64,000 bases of DNA from Polyangiaceae bacterium. Its GTDB lineage: Bacteria > Myxococcota_A > Polyangia > Polyangiales > Polyangiaceae. A program made the translations under genes and the position numbers. The DNA lies in NCBI GenBank assembly GCA_044376115.1, contig JBILLK010000006.1, positions 288,001-352,000 of the forward strand, given 5' to 3'. This document shows, in pieces, positions 47,701-56,834 of this stretch. Position 1 is the stretch's first letter; the number at the start of each line of letters is the position of its first letter. The notes beneath the pieces are model-generated. The model did no database searches, was not told where the DNA came from, and worked only from the letters and a program-made list of their open reading frames with translations.

Positions 47701-50700
47701 CTTGATCTCCTCGAGGCGCGCGTCGCGCTCCGCTGGGCTGAGCGAAGAGAGGTCGGTGAAGGGGAGCTTGACCTCGCCCGGTGGCATCAAGCGCTGGGTG
47801 AGGCCGTCCTGGTTGGGGACACAGCGCAACGCCTCATGCCGCTTGCTGAGCAGGTTGAGGGCGGTCTGCAGTTTGTCGAGCGCCAGCGCCCCCTTGAGTT
47901 GCAGCGTGCTTGCGAGATTGAAGGCGCAAGAAGCGTCGCTGCCGAAGCGAGTGGCGAGCCAGATCTCCTGTTGGCCCTCGCTCATCGCGATCTCTCGCGG
48001 TTCACGTTGGACCGGCGTGCCAGGCAAGAACCCGACGCGTTGCAAGACCTCGACACTCTCGCGCATGGCCGCTTCGATCTTGGCGAAGTCCTCGTCGGTG
48101 TGCGCCGTGGTGAAGAAGGCCGGGCGCCCCTCGTAGGTGAAGATGCCGCGGTTGTGCAGATGGTAGAAAAGCAGCTGGGAGTACTCTTGGAACGAGGTGA
48201 ACTTGAGCACGACGAAGCTCGAGAACCACTCCATCACGAGCGGCGCGCTGCACTCCTGGAAGTACTCGTTCATGCGCTGACCAAAGGCGGCCGTGCGCTT
48301 GCCTAGCTCCTCCTGCAGTGAAGGCCCTTGCTCCTTGAGGTAGGAGAGCGTCGCGTAGGCTGAGGCCATCGCTACAGGGTGACGTACGAAGGTCCCGGCG
48401 AACCAGGTCATGTCGGCTTCCGGAACCGAGTTGTCTCCGTATTGCCAATGCCCACCGTCGAGCGCGTCCATCAGCTTGGCTTTGCCCGCGACCACGCCGA
48501 TCGGGAACTCCCCACCGACGACTTTGCCGTAGGTCGCGAGATCGGCCCGGATGCCCCAGAGCGCTTGCATGCCGCCCGGGTGAGCGCGGAAGCCGGTCAC
48601 CATTTCATCGAACAAGAGGATGATGTTGAGCTCCTCGGTCAGGGCGCGGAGGGCGCGCACGAACTCGACCGGCTGCAAGTTCGGATTGCGGCTGCGAATC
48701 GGCTCCACCAGCACGATCGCCAGCTCGTCAGCGTGCTTGCGGATTGCGTCGAGCGACGCCATGTCCCCGTAGTTGAGCACCAGCGTCTTTTCGACGTGGC
48801 GCTGCGGGATGCCCGGCGCGATCGGTAGCGTGCGGCGCTTGCCCGCCATCATCGAGCCTTTGACCAACACCTCGTCGAAGATGCCGTGATAGTGGCCGGA
48901 GAAGGTGGCGATGCCGTCTTTGCCGGTGACGGTGCGGGCCAGCCGCAGGGCGGCGAGTACGGCCTCCGAGCCGGTATTGCAGAAGGCCGCTCGCTCATTG
49001 CCGGTCATTTCGCAGAAGAGTTTCGCCAGCTTGCCGGCCAAGTAGTTTTGCGGCCCGATCTCGACGCCCCGTTCGAGTTGCGCCTTCACGGCCTCACGAA
49101 TGAAGGGCGTGTTGTGGCCGAGGAAGGTCGCGCCGTAGCCGTTGACGAGATCGATGTACTCGTTGCCGTCGACGTCCCACATCTTCGAGCCTTCGCTCTT
49201 GGCGGCGACGATCGGAAAGACCATGTCCTTCCACTGCAACTTGAAGCCTTGGACCGTGCGCGGATCAGCGAAGTGACGCCGATGCTCCTGGGTCATTTGT
49301 TTGGAGGTGGGAGCCCGCGCGACGACCTTCGCAATTAGCTCATCGAGGTGAGCTTGTTGTTCCGGTGGTAGCGATGTGACGTCCGCGTTCTTCTCGACGG
49401 GCGCCCACGGAGACTCTTTGTTGGCCTTCTTTTCGGGCTCGGCCGGTGCCGCAGCCTTGGGCGCCGCGGCGGGAGCAGCCGCAACGGGAGCAGCGACTGG
49501 TGTTGAGGGGGCCGGTGTCGCCACCATGGTAGGAGCAGGCGGCTGTGCGACGATCGAAACAGCCGCGCTCGGTGCGCCGCGTAGGACCGCAAGCTGCTCC
49601 TGCATCACCGCTAGTTGGTTGGCGATCACCCGCTCGATCGCTGAGGCGGGTGCACCGGGGCCTGCGCCGACGAAGGGCAAGGCTGCCGGCGCGGTGGCGA
49701 ACGCAGCTGCCTGCGCCGGAGCGATCTCGACAGGTGCGCTCGGTGCCGTGGGGGCTGCTGCCGCGGCGGGCGCGGCCGGCGCCGCTACAGGCTCCGCTTG
49801 CGCCTCGGCGGGAAAGGCGTCCGCGGGCATCTGGCCGTCCAAAAACTCAGCCAACGGCAACACGCCCGGCGCCTTCTCCAGCAGCTGACGGACCGTGGTC
49901 TTTACGCCAAAGCGTTTGCGGAAAGAGCCGTTTGCCTGCGTCAAAAACAGCGAGTCGAAGCCGAGCTCGAGGAAGGTCGCGCGCGGGTCGATCTTGTCGG
50001 CCTCCATTCCGGAGAGGTCAGCGAGGATGCGAGCGATCTCGGTGGCAAGGCGGTCTTTGCGTGAACTCATGGGCATGACTCGGGCTGGAGGTGGGGGCGC
50101 GACAACAGCAGGAACGGCAACGGGAGGGCTAGGGGCGGGGCTGGCTTTGGCCGCCTCGAGCGGCGGTGGTAAGGGCGGTGGGATGGCGAGCATCGCGGGG
50201 GCCTTCGCAGCGCTCGCCGCGGTAGCCACGTAACGGCGCCGCTCGAACGGGTAGGTCGGCAGCGAGGTGCGGCGTGCGTTGGGCGCAAGAGCCGCATGGT
50301 CGATCTCGAGACCGGCGAGCCACAAGCGGCCCACCGTCTTCAGCAAGAAGCTGAGGTCGTCGACCGGCTCTTGTGGGTGCCGCACCGTCGACGTGACGAC
50401 GTGGCGCGCGCCTGGCGTCGCGAGACGCGGGTGGCTCTTGGCCAAGGTGGACAGCGTGCGGCCTGGCCCCACCTCGATCAGCGCTGTGCCCGGCGTCTCG
50501 AGCACCGCGTCGATGCCGTCCGCAAAGCGCACGGTGCTGCGTAGATGCGCGGCCCAGTAGTTCGGATCCTGCGCTTGCGCAGCGGTGATCCAGGTGCCGG
50601 TGACGTTGGATACGAAGGGCAGCGTAGGTGCGGCGAACTCGAGGGTTCGAAGGTACTCGAGGAACTCCGGCAAAATCGGCTCGACCAACTCGGAGTGCGC

Positions 50701-53700
50701 GGCCACGTCGATGTGAATGCGGGTGACCTCGATCTCGAGCGCCTCGAGTTTGGTTGCCAGTTGCTCGATGGCCTCCACGTGGCCGGATGCGACGCACTGC
50801 TGCGGTCGGTTGATGGCCGCGATCGAAAGGCCGGGCTGCAGATGCGCCGTCAGGTCTTTGGCCGAAAGAGGTACCCCCAACATCGAACCGCGCGGGAGCT
50901 TCTCGAACAAACGACCGCGACAGGTGACGATCCCGAGCGCGTCTTTCAGGCTCATCACGCCGGCCAAGTGTGCGGCGGCGTACTCGCCCATGCTGTGGCC
51001 GATCATGGCCGCCGGCGTTACGCCGTACGACTCGAGCAGCGCTGCAAGTGAGAGCTCGATCGCCAGCAGGGTAGGCAGGGCGAAGAACGGCCGCTCCAAG
51101 CTGGCTTCGCGGTTGCTCTCGGATTCCGGGTAGATCAGCGCTCGAATGTCGAGCCCGAGCAGCGGCTGCAAATGCGCGGCGCATTCGGCGAGCTTGGCAT
51201 CGAACACAGCCTGCCCCCGCAGCCCGCGGGCCATGCCGACGTATTGTGCGCCGCCGCCGGGAAACATGAACACGACGCGCGAGGCGTCTTTGCCCTCGAG
51301 CATGACCTCGCAACGTTTGACATCGCTCGCTCGCAGCGCCTCTGCAGCTTCCTGAGGCGTGCGCGCTACCACTGCCGCGCGCGCCGCGAAGCGTCGGCGA
51401 CCTTGTCCGAGGGTGAAGGCAACATCTTCGAGCGGCAGCTCGGGCCGATCGCTCAGGAAGGTAGCCAATTCCTCCCGTCCCTTGGCGAGCGCCGTCGCCG
51501 TCTTTGTCGAAAGCAGCAGCAACTGTGGCTCCTGCTTGTTCTCGCGTGGTTCGCGCAGCGGCGCTTCTTCCACGATCACGTGCGCGTTGGTGCCGCCTAG
51601 GCCGAAGGAACTAACGCCAGCGCGGCGAGGCTTCTCTGTGCGCGGCCAAGGCTTGAGCTTGGCGTTGACGTAGAACGGGCTGCCTTCAAAAGCGATGGCT
51701 GGGTTCGGCGTGTCGAAGTTGAGGCTAGGAGGAAGCTCCTCGTTTTCGAGCGCAAGCACGGTCTTGATCAGCCCTGCCGCGAGCGCGCCCGCGTCCAAGT
51801 GACCAATGTTGGTCTTGACCGAGCCGAGGCCGCAGAACGGTGCGCCGTCAGCAGGTCGGCCGAAGGCGCGGGTCAGCCCGAGCACTTCGATCGGATCGCC
51901 GAGCACCGTGCCGGTGCCGTGCGTTTCGACGTAGGAGACGTCTTCGGGCGTTAGCCCGGCTTTCTCGAGCGCGCGAGCGATCACCTCCGATTGGCCTTGT
52001 GCACTCGGTGCGGCAAACCCGATCTTGGCCCCGCCGTCGTTGTTGATGGCGGTGGCACGGATGACGGCGCGAATTTGATCACCGTCCGCCAGCGCTTGTT
52101 CCAGTGGCTTTACGACCACGAACCCGCAACCACTGCCGCGGACCATACCCGAAGCCTTGGCGTCGAAGGCGCGCACAACACCGTCGGGTGCTAGCGCGCC
52201 GCCGTCCACGTATGGGTAACCCGCAAGCGTGGGAAAGAGCACTTTGGCGCCGCCCACGAGCGCCATGTCACAGTCGCCGTCGCGCAGGCTCTGACAGGCG
52301 AGGTGAAGGGCGACGCCGGAGGTCGAGCAGGCCGTCTGCACGTTGACGGCGGGGCCGCGTAGATTGAGCTTATAGGCCACGTGGGTAGGCGGAAAATCAC
52401 GCTCGTTGCCGATCTGATTGTTGTGCTCGATCAGGCGGCCCGCGAGCTCGGGGTGGTGCGCGAGGTTCTCCAGCATGTAGGCATTGCGACCCACCCCACC
52501 GAAGATCCCGATACGGCCCTCGAAGCGCGAAGGATCGTAGCCAGAGTCCTCGAGCGCCGCGTACGCGGTCTCGATGAAGATGCGCTGTTGCGGATCCATC
52601 AGCTCGGCTTCACGCGGGGAGAAGCCAAAAAACGCTGCGTCCCAGGCGTCGGCCTCCTCGAGCACGAAGGCGCGCGCGACGTAGTCAGGGTCGTCGAGCA
52701 ACTTCGGATCGAGGCCGGATAGCTCGAGCTCTTCACGCGTGAGCGCGCGGGATGAGCACACTCCGGCGCGCAGGTTGCGCCAAAATTCGCGGCTGTTGCG
52801 TGCTCCCGGGAAGCGGCCGGCGAGCCCGACGATAGCGTAGGCGCTCGGCTCGCTGTTGCGGCGCGGCTTCGCCTTGGGCTGGGCGGAGCGTTGTTGTGCC
52901 GCGTCTGCCGTCGTCAGTTCGCCAAAGCGCTTGTTCACGGCCGCAGCGAAATCGCGGATGAGCACGGTGGCGATGGCCGCGACCGTGGGGGCGTCGAAGA
53001 AAGCGACGATGGGTACCGCCACGCCGAGCTCGGTGGACAGGCGCGCAACGAAGCGGACGGCTGCCAGCGAGGTGCCGCCCAACTCGAAGAAACGGTCGTG
53101 CACGCCGACCGCCGAAAGCTCGAGTGCGTCGCACCAAAGATCGCAGAGCAGCTTCTCCAACGGGTTGCGTGGCGCCACGTACGCCTGCTCGAGCTCAGGT
53201 CGATCGGTGCCGGGTTTGGGCAGCGCTTTGCGGTCCACCTTGCCCATCGGAGAGAGCGGTAGTGCGCTCAGAAAGACGAAGGCGGCGGGGATCATGTAGC
53301 TCGGCATGCGAGCGCCGAGCAGCGTGCGCAGCTTGCCGGCGGTGAGGCCTTCAGCCACGAGATACGCGACGAGCCTCTTGTCTCCGGGGTTGTCCTCGCG
53401 CGCGAGCACCACCACTTGCTTGACGCCTTCGAGCTCGCCGAGCGCGGTCTCGATCTCTCCCAGTTCGATGCGATGCCCACTAATTTTTACTTGGTCGTCG
53501 AGCCGCCCGCAGAACTCGAGGTTGCCGTCGGCGAGCTTGCGCACGCGATCGCCAGTCAGGTAGAGCTTCTCTCCCGCAGCAAAGGGGCTGTCGATGAAGC
53601 GCTCGCGCGTGAGCTCCGGGCGCTTGAGGTAGCCGCGGGCCAAGCCGTCACCGCCAATGAAGAGGTCGCCCACCTCGCCGTCGCCGACCAGGCGCTGGTC

Positions 53701-54726
53701 TGCACCCAAAATATAGATGCTCGTATGCGCGATGGCCTTGCCGATCGGGATCGACGTGAGGCTCTCGTCGAGCGGTCTCGGGATGCGGTAGCAGCAGGTG
53801 AAGGTGGTGCTCTCGGTGGGGCCGTAGCCGTTTACGAGCTGCGTGTTGGGCAGCAGGCGCAGCGCCTTGCGAATGTGTGGTACCGAGAGCGCCTCTCCCC
53901 CTGCCAAGACCTCTTGCACCGAGACGATGGCCTCCGGCGAGCGATCGATCATTAGGTTGAACAAGGACGAGGTGAGCCAGAGGGTGGTCACGCCGTTGCG
54001 TTCGATCACGGTCTTGAGCAGCGCCGCCTCAGGTACGCCGCACACGGGGTAGAGTACGCAGCTTCCGCCTTGCAGCAGCGCGCCCCAGATCTCCAAGGTC
54101 GCTGCGTCGAACGAGACCGGGGCTAACTGCAGCAGCACCCGCGTCTCGTCCAGCGGCGTGTAGTCATTCTCGCGCACGAGCCGCACGATCCCGCGATGCG
54201 GAACCATCACGCCCTTGGGCTTACCGGTCGAGCCCGAAGTGAAGATCACGTACGCGAGGTCGTCGGCGCTCGGGGTTGGCAGTGCAAGCGAGCCGCTGAA
54301 GTCGTGACCGAAGTTCTCGGCCAGCACGAGCGGTGCGGCTTGGCTCGCCGGCACGTCCTCGGTGGTGCTCGGTTGGGTGAGGATGACCGTGGCCTCGGTC
54401 TCGGCCAGCATGAAGGCCAAGCGCTCAGGGGGATACGCCGGATCGAGCGGTACGTAAGCGCAGCCGGCCTTCAGGATCCCGAGGAACCCGACGATGGTCT
54501 CGAGCGACTTCTCGAGCAGCGTAGCGACGAAGGTGCCCGGTTTGACCCCGCGCTCAAGCAGCGCAGCGGCCACCGCGTTGGCTCGTTTGTCGAGCTCGGC
54601 GTAGCTCAACCTGGTGTCGTTTTCTCCGTCCTTCCCCGGGAGAATCAGCGCGGTCTTGTTGGCAAACTTTGCGACGACTTGATCGAAGGCCGCGACGACC
54701 GAAAGTGACGGGCTGTAACGCAACAT
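44785..54726 (-). CDS. Hybrid NRPS-PKS: A(Val)-T-KS-AT-ACP-aminotransferase-C-A(Asn)-T
   Basis: A1 code DALWLGGTFK; LGGTSL; QTACS, HGTGT, NIGH; GHSMG, VAAHS; LGFDSL; FDEMVTGFR..TYGK; HHLIADGWS; A2 code DLTKVGEVGK; LGGHSL. Confidence 0.96.
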   Translation of the reverse strand: MLRYSPSLSVVAAFDQVVAKFANKTALILPGKDGENDTRLSYAELDKRANAVAAALLERGVKPGTFVATLLEKSLETIVGFLGILKAGCAYVPLDPAYPPERLAFMLAETEATVILTQPSTTEDVPASQAAPLVLAENFGHDFSGSLALPTPSADDLAYVIFTSGSTGKPKGVMVPHRGIVRLVRENDYTPLDETRVLLQLAPVSFDAATLEIWGALLQGGSCVLYPVCGVPEAALLKTVIERNGVTTLWLTSSLFNLMIDRSPEAIVSVQEVLAGGEALSVPHIRKALRLLPNTQLVNGYGPTESTTFTCCYRIPRPLDESLTSIPIGKAIAHTSIYILGADQRLVGDGEVGDLFIGGDGLARGYLKRPELTRERFIDSPFAAGEKLYLTGDRVRKLADGNLEFCGRLDDQVKISGHRIELGEIETALGELEGVKQVVVLAREDNPGDKRLVAYLVAEGLTAGKLRTLLGARMPSYMIPAAFVFLSALPLSPMGKVDRKALPKPGTDRPELEQAYVAPRNPLEKLLCDLWCDALELSAVGVHDRFFELGGTSLAAVRFVARLSTELGVAVPIVAFFDAPTVAAIATVLIRDFAAAVNKRFGELTTADAAQQRSAQPKAKPRRNSEPSAYAIVGLAGRFPGARNSREFWRNLRAGVCSSRALTREELELSGLDPKLLDDPDYVARAFVLEEADAWDAAFFGFSPREAELMDPQQRIFIETAYAALEDSGYDPSRFEGRIGIFGGVGRNAYMLENLAHHPELAGRLIEHNNQIGNERDFPPTHVAYKLNLRGPAVNVQTACSTSGVALHLACQSLRDGDCDMALVGGAKVLFPTLAGYPYVDGGALAPDGVVRAFDAKASGMVRGSGCGFVVVKPLEQALADGDQIRAVIRATAINNDGGAKIGFAAPSAQGQSEVIARALEKAGLTPEDVSYVETHGTGTVLGDPIEVLGLTRAFGRPADGAPFCGLGSVKTNIGHLDAGALAAGLIKTVLALENEELPPSLNFDTPNPAIAFEGSPFYVNAKLKPWPRTEKPRRAGVSSFGLGGTNAHVIVEEAPLREPRENKQEPQLLLLSTKTATALAKGREELATFLSDRPELPLEDVAFTLGQGRRRFAARAAVVARTPQEAAEALRASDVKRCEVMLEGKDASRVVFMFPGGGAQYVGMARGLRGQAVFDAKLAECAAHLQPLLGLDIRALIYPESESNREASLERPFFALPTLLAIELSLAALLESYGVTPAAMIGHSMGEYAAAHLAGVMSLKDALGIVTCRGRLFEKLPRGSMLGVPLSAKDLTAHLQPGLSIAAINRPQQCVASGHVEAIEQLATKLEALEIEVTRIHIDVAAHSELVEPILPEFLEYLRTLEFAAPTLPFVSNVTGTWITAAQAQDPNYWAAHLRSTVRFADGIDAVLETPGTALIEVGPGRTLSTLAKSHPRLATPGARHVVTSTVRHPQEPVDDLSFLLKTVGRLWLAGLEIDHAALAPNARRTSLPTYPFERRRYVATAASAAKAPAMLAIPPPLPPPLEAAKASPAPSPPVAVPAVVAPPPPARVMPMSSRKDRLATEIARILADLSGMEADKIDPRATFLELGFDSLFLTQANGSFRKRFGVKTTVRQLLEKAPGVLPLAEFLDGQMPADAFPAEAQAEPVAAPAAPAAAAAPTAPSAPVEIAPAQAAAFATAPAALPFVGAGPGAPASAIERVIANQLAVMQEQLAVLRGAPSAAVSIVAQPPAPTMVATPAPSTPVAAPVAAAPAAAPKAAAPAEPEKKANKESPWAPVEKNADVTSLPPEQQAHLDELIAKVVARAPTSKQMTQEHRRHFADPRTVQGFKLQWKDMVFPIVAAKSEGSKMWDVDGNEYIDLVNGYGATFLGHNTPFIREAVKAQLERGVEIGPQNYLAGKLAKLFCEMTGNERAAFCNTGSEAVLAALRLARTVTGKDGIATFSGHYHGIFDEVLVKGSMMAGKRRTLPIAPGIPQRHVEKTLVLNYGDMASLDAIRKHADELAIVLVEPIRSRNPNLQPVEFVRALRALTEELNIILLFDEMVTGFRAHPGGMQALWGIRADLATYGKVVGGEFPIGVVAGKAKLMDALDGGHWQYGDNSVPEADMTWFAGTFVRHPVAMASAYATLSYLKEQGPSLQEELGKRTAAFGQRMNEYFQECSAPLVMEWFSSFVVLKFTSFQEYSQLLFYHLHNRGIFTYEGRPAFFTTAHTDEDFAKIEAAMRESVEVLQRVGFLPGTPVQREPREIAMSEGQQEIWLATRFGSDASCAFNLASTLQLKGALALDKLQTALNLLSKRHEALRCVPNQDGLTQRLMPPGEVKLPFTDLSSLSPAERDARLEEIKQREVTVEFDLEQGPLFRTQLVKLAADEHFIILTAHHLIADGWSCGVICRELGKIYASVCEGKPAELEPAMPYSEWIDQQRGAAASAERKTSEAYWVSQYAGRPIPVLDLPSDRPRPAVKSFAADRISLKFDEPFVAEIKKMAGKQGATLFAGVLAGFHVLLARLSGQSDVVVGFSLAGQSDVEGRALVGHCVQFLPLRLELNREQSFADHVKNVRGKVFDAFEYKNFTFGTLIKQLAVPRDPSRVPLMSVAFNLDPNSLGIGFHDLQCTVGSVPRRYENFDIFFNLVESNTGVEVQATFNLDLFDRETVRRRLEQYRVLLEAAVRDANQKSADLPLMSESERQRLLVDWNQTQAVAASGLPVHELFQTHADRSPLSIAVRGDHRTLTYGELEQRANQLAHLLAGRGASEGKRIGVSLPRTPELVISLLAVLKTGAAYVPIDPALPEDRVRFMLDDAGCELLLSHTESPAVEGLAVSRVFYVDQASELLQAQSSSPLGRSCTPETVAYVAYTSGSTGKPKGVMIPHRALTHYLSWAIAQYEMKSGTGSPVHSSIGFDLTITSLFGPLAAGNTVQLLSDTKDVAALAKVLRDPGGFSVVKLTPAHLGILAAELPKEALATGAHTLVVGGEQLEAAHVAAFRAHAPNVKIWNEYGPTETTVGCCIHLVNADSPQNGAIPIGRPAPGTKLYVLDDRRKPVPIGVSGELYIGGPQVGLGYLNQPELTRERFIESPFESGATLYRTGDLVKYRSSGELEFLGRVDKQVKIRGYRIELGEIESVLRSSEWVAGAAVIASGTSAETRTLTAFIVPKRPLMLKAGSSLVDELRRHLHSKLPEYMVPGTMVELESLPLTDNGKVDEKALQGQLATVAGTTKPAFVAPSSETGIKVAQLFAEALGVARVSLHDSFFELGGHSLMGIQLIVRLRESLGVPELSLSSLFSTPTVAGLSERIDALAYQRSGGSVDKSGEREEVSF

Positions 54727-54836
54727 GGCTCGAGGCTGCGGACTATACGCCGACGGAGCTAGCCCCCAAGCTCCTTTCGCATGGCGTCTTGCCTGCTGAA
54801 AAAAGGTCTGCGTTTCGCGACGTAACGAGCGGTTCG

Positions 54837-55715
54837 CTAGCTTGCGACCAAGAGCAGCAGCTTCAGATAACGACCGCCACCCTCATCGCGCTTGACCTCC
54901 GCCGCCAACCCAAGCGCTAGATTCGGTTGGTCGACGAGGACGCGCTCGGGCTCATACTCGCTCGAAGCCACCATGCGTCGGCCGATCACCGTCAGCGGCC
55001 GAGGAAAGCTGCCCAAGCGTTCGAGCAGTGACTCGGAGACGTCGCGGACGCTCGCCTGGCTCACATCATCGTCGAGCTCTTCGATCAGCGAGGCTGCGGC
55101 GCTCTCCAGGGTGGGCTCGAGCACTGGCGCAGCTCGGCCGAGCTGCTGTCGAGCGCTCGTGATTCGCTCGAGCACCCGCTGCTTGGCCTCAGCCTCTGTC
55201 TCGCGCGGGACGGGCCGCGCAAACACCTGGACGAACAGCTGGTTCCTCGGGTCGGCAGCGCCGCCGCGCACGACGCCAACCCCCACGTGCGTGATGTCGG
55301 TCGCCATCAGGTTCGCGAAGTGCCCCGGGCTCTTGAGCAGGCCAGCCTGCGCGAGGTTCACGTCGAATGCTTCGGCCAGATTTTCACGGGCCGAGGCCGT
55401 CGGAAAGTCGGCTGCGGCCAAGCGATCTTCGAGCGAACCGGTGTTGGGCGAGTGATGGTCGAAGAAGCGAAAGTTGCGCATGTCGAGCGCGTGCGCGCGA
55501 GCGATGCCCGCCAAGCTCTCGTCGTATTGCAGCGGTCCCAGGCCGTTTGCGGCGCGGTCCTGGTTGATGCGCACGAACATGGCCCGCTCGATCTCGATTG
55601 CTTCGGGCGGCGGTGGTCGAAAGGAGCCTGGGAGTGTGCGAGGCCCGGCGCAGGCAGCGAGCTCCGCCAAGCCGAGCGCACCCAAAGCGCGGCCGAAGCT
55701 GCGTCTGCCGCTCAT
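54837..55715 (-). CDS. CAP (SCP-like) domain lipoprotein
   Basis: SGRRSF twin-Arg-like segment and LAAC; INQDRAANGL, ARAHALDM, ENLA, SPGHFANL, HVGVG. Confidence 0.88.
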   Translation of the reverse strand: MSGRRSFGRALGALGLAELAACAGPRTLPGSFRPPPPEAIEIERAMFVRINQDRAANGLGPLQYDESLAGIARAHALDMRNFRFFDHHSPNTGSLEDRLAAADFPTASARENLAEAFDVNLAQAGLLKSPGHFANLMATDITHVGVGVVRGGAADPRNQLFVQVFARPVPRETEAEAKQRVLERITSARQQLGRAAPVLEPTLESAAASLIEELDDDVSQASVRDVSESLLERLGSFPRPLTVIGRRMVASSEYEPERVLVDQPNLALGLAAEVKRDEGGGRYLKLLLLVAS

Positions 55716-55726
55716 GCCTCGGCGGA

Positions 55727-56710
55727 TCACTTGCGGCCGATGTCGCTGCCGCGCAACGAGGCCACGTCGATGTCGATCTCGATGTCGACGTCGATGTCGA
55801 TGTCCCACGGTTTTGCAGCCGGAAGGACGCTCGAGTCGCGTTTGACCGGAAGCTCAGCGATCGCCCGCAGCACGGTGTACATCTTCCCAACGGTCGCAAA
55901 GCGATCGGCCGGGTCAGCGCTGAGCGCCTTCTCGACCCAGCCGTCGAGCGCCGCGGGGAGGCCGGGCCGGAGCGCGCAAACCGACGGACGTTCGCCGCGG
56001 GTGACGGCGATCAGGAAGCGGTCGATCGGCTGCTTTGGGTCGAACGGCGGCTTGCCGGCGAGCGCGCGGAAGATCACGGCCGCTAGCGAGTAGACGTCGA
56101 TTCGGCGGTCGGCTTGTTTTGCTTTGCCGCGCCAAACCTCCGGCGCGATGTAGCCGGGCGAGCCCGCGATCATCCCTTCCTGCGTGAGCGCTGCGGCGTT
56201 CAGATCTTTGGCCAGACCGAAGTCGAGCAGGCGCACGCCACCGCGCGTATTCGAGTCCAAAACGAAGATGTTCCCGGGCTTGATGTCGCGGTGGATGATG
56301 CCGAGCTCATGCGCCGCGTCGAGCGTATCGGCGATCGGAGCGAGCAGATTGACCAGCCGCACCAGATCGATCTTGGCGCCGTGCTTCTCGAGCTCGAGCA
56401 AGTACTGCTCGAGGTCCCGGCCGGCGAGCAGCTCCATGACGATGTAGAGGTCCCCGTTGGGCGCCTTGTTGAAGGCGAAGATCTGCGTGGCGCTGGTGCC
56501 GGAGAGGGCGCCCATCGCTTTGGCTTCGCGGTGCATCCGGGTCTTGAACTGGATGTCGGCGGCGAGCGCGCTGGTCAGGCACTTGATGGCAACCTTGGAG
56601 CCGAGCATCTCGTCGACGGCGGCGTAGACCACACCGTGCCCTCCTTGGCCGACGAGACCTTGGATTCGGTAACGCCCATCGATGGAGTCGCCGACTTTGT
56701 AGCTGCTCAT
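55727..56710 (-). CDS. Hanks-type Ser/Thr protein kinase
   Basis: GQGGHGVV, VAIK, HRDIKPGN, DFG, GSPGYIAPE, DVYS. Confidence 0.95.
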   Translation of the reverse strand: MSSYKVGDSIDGRYRIQGLVGQGGHGVVYAAVDEMLGSKVAIKCLTSALAADIQFKTRMHREAKAMGALSGTSATQIFAFNKAPNGDLYIVMELLAGRDLEQYLLELEKHGAKIDLVRLVNLLAPIADTLDAAHELGIIHRDIKPGNIFVLDSNTRGGVRLLDFGLAKDLNAAALTQEGMIAGSPGYIAPEVWRGKAKQADRRIDVYSLAAVIFRALAGKPPFDPKQPIDRFLIAVTRGERPSVCALRPGLPAALDGWVEKALSADPADRFATVGKMYTVLRAIAELPVKRDSSVLPAAKPWDIDIDVDIEIDIDVASLRGSDIGRK

Positions 56711-56834
56711 GGTGCTTCATCCTACGGGCTAACGAGCAACGGAGCGAGAAAACGCCCCAACTTCCGCTGAGGGCAGATGCCAGCGAGCGCCTGGCTCGGT
56801 CGGTGAGCGGCATGGGCCTTGATAGGGCTGAGTC

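Noticed and set aside
54727..54836. Hairpin GGAGCT-N8-AGCTCC upstream of the megasynthase as a riboswitch or attenuator
   Set aside because: The stem is short, in GC-rich DNA, with no recognisable aptamer and no T-run after the stem on the coding strand.
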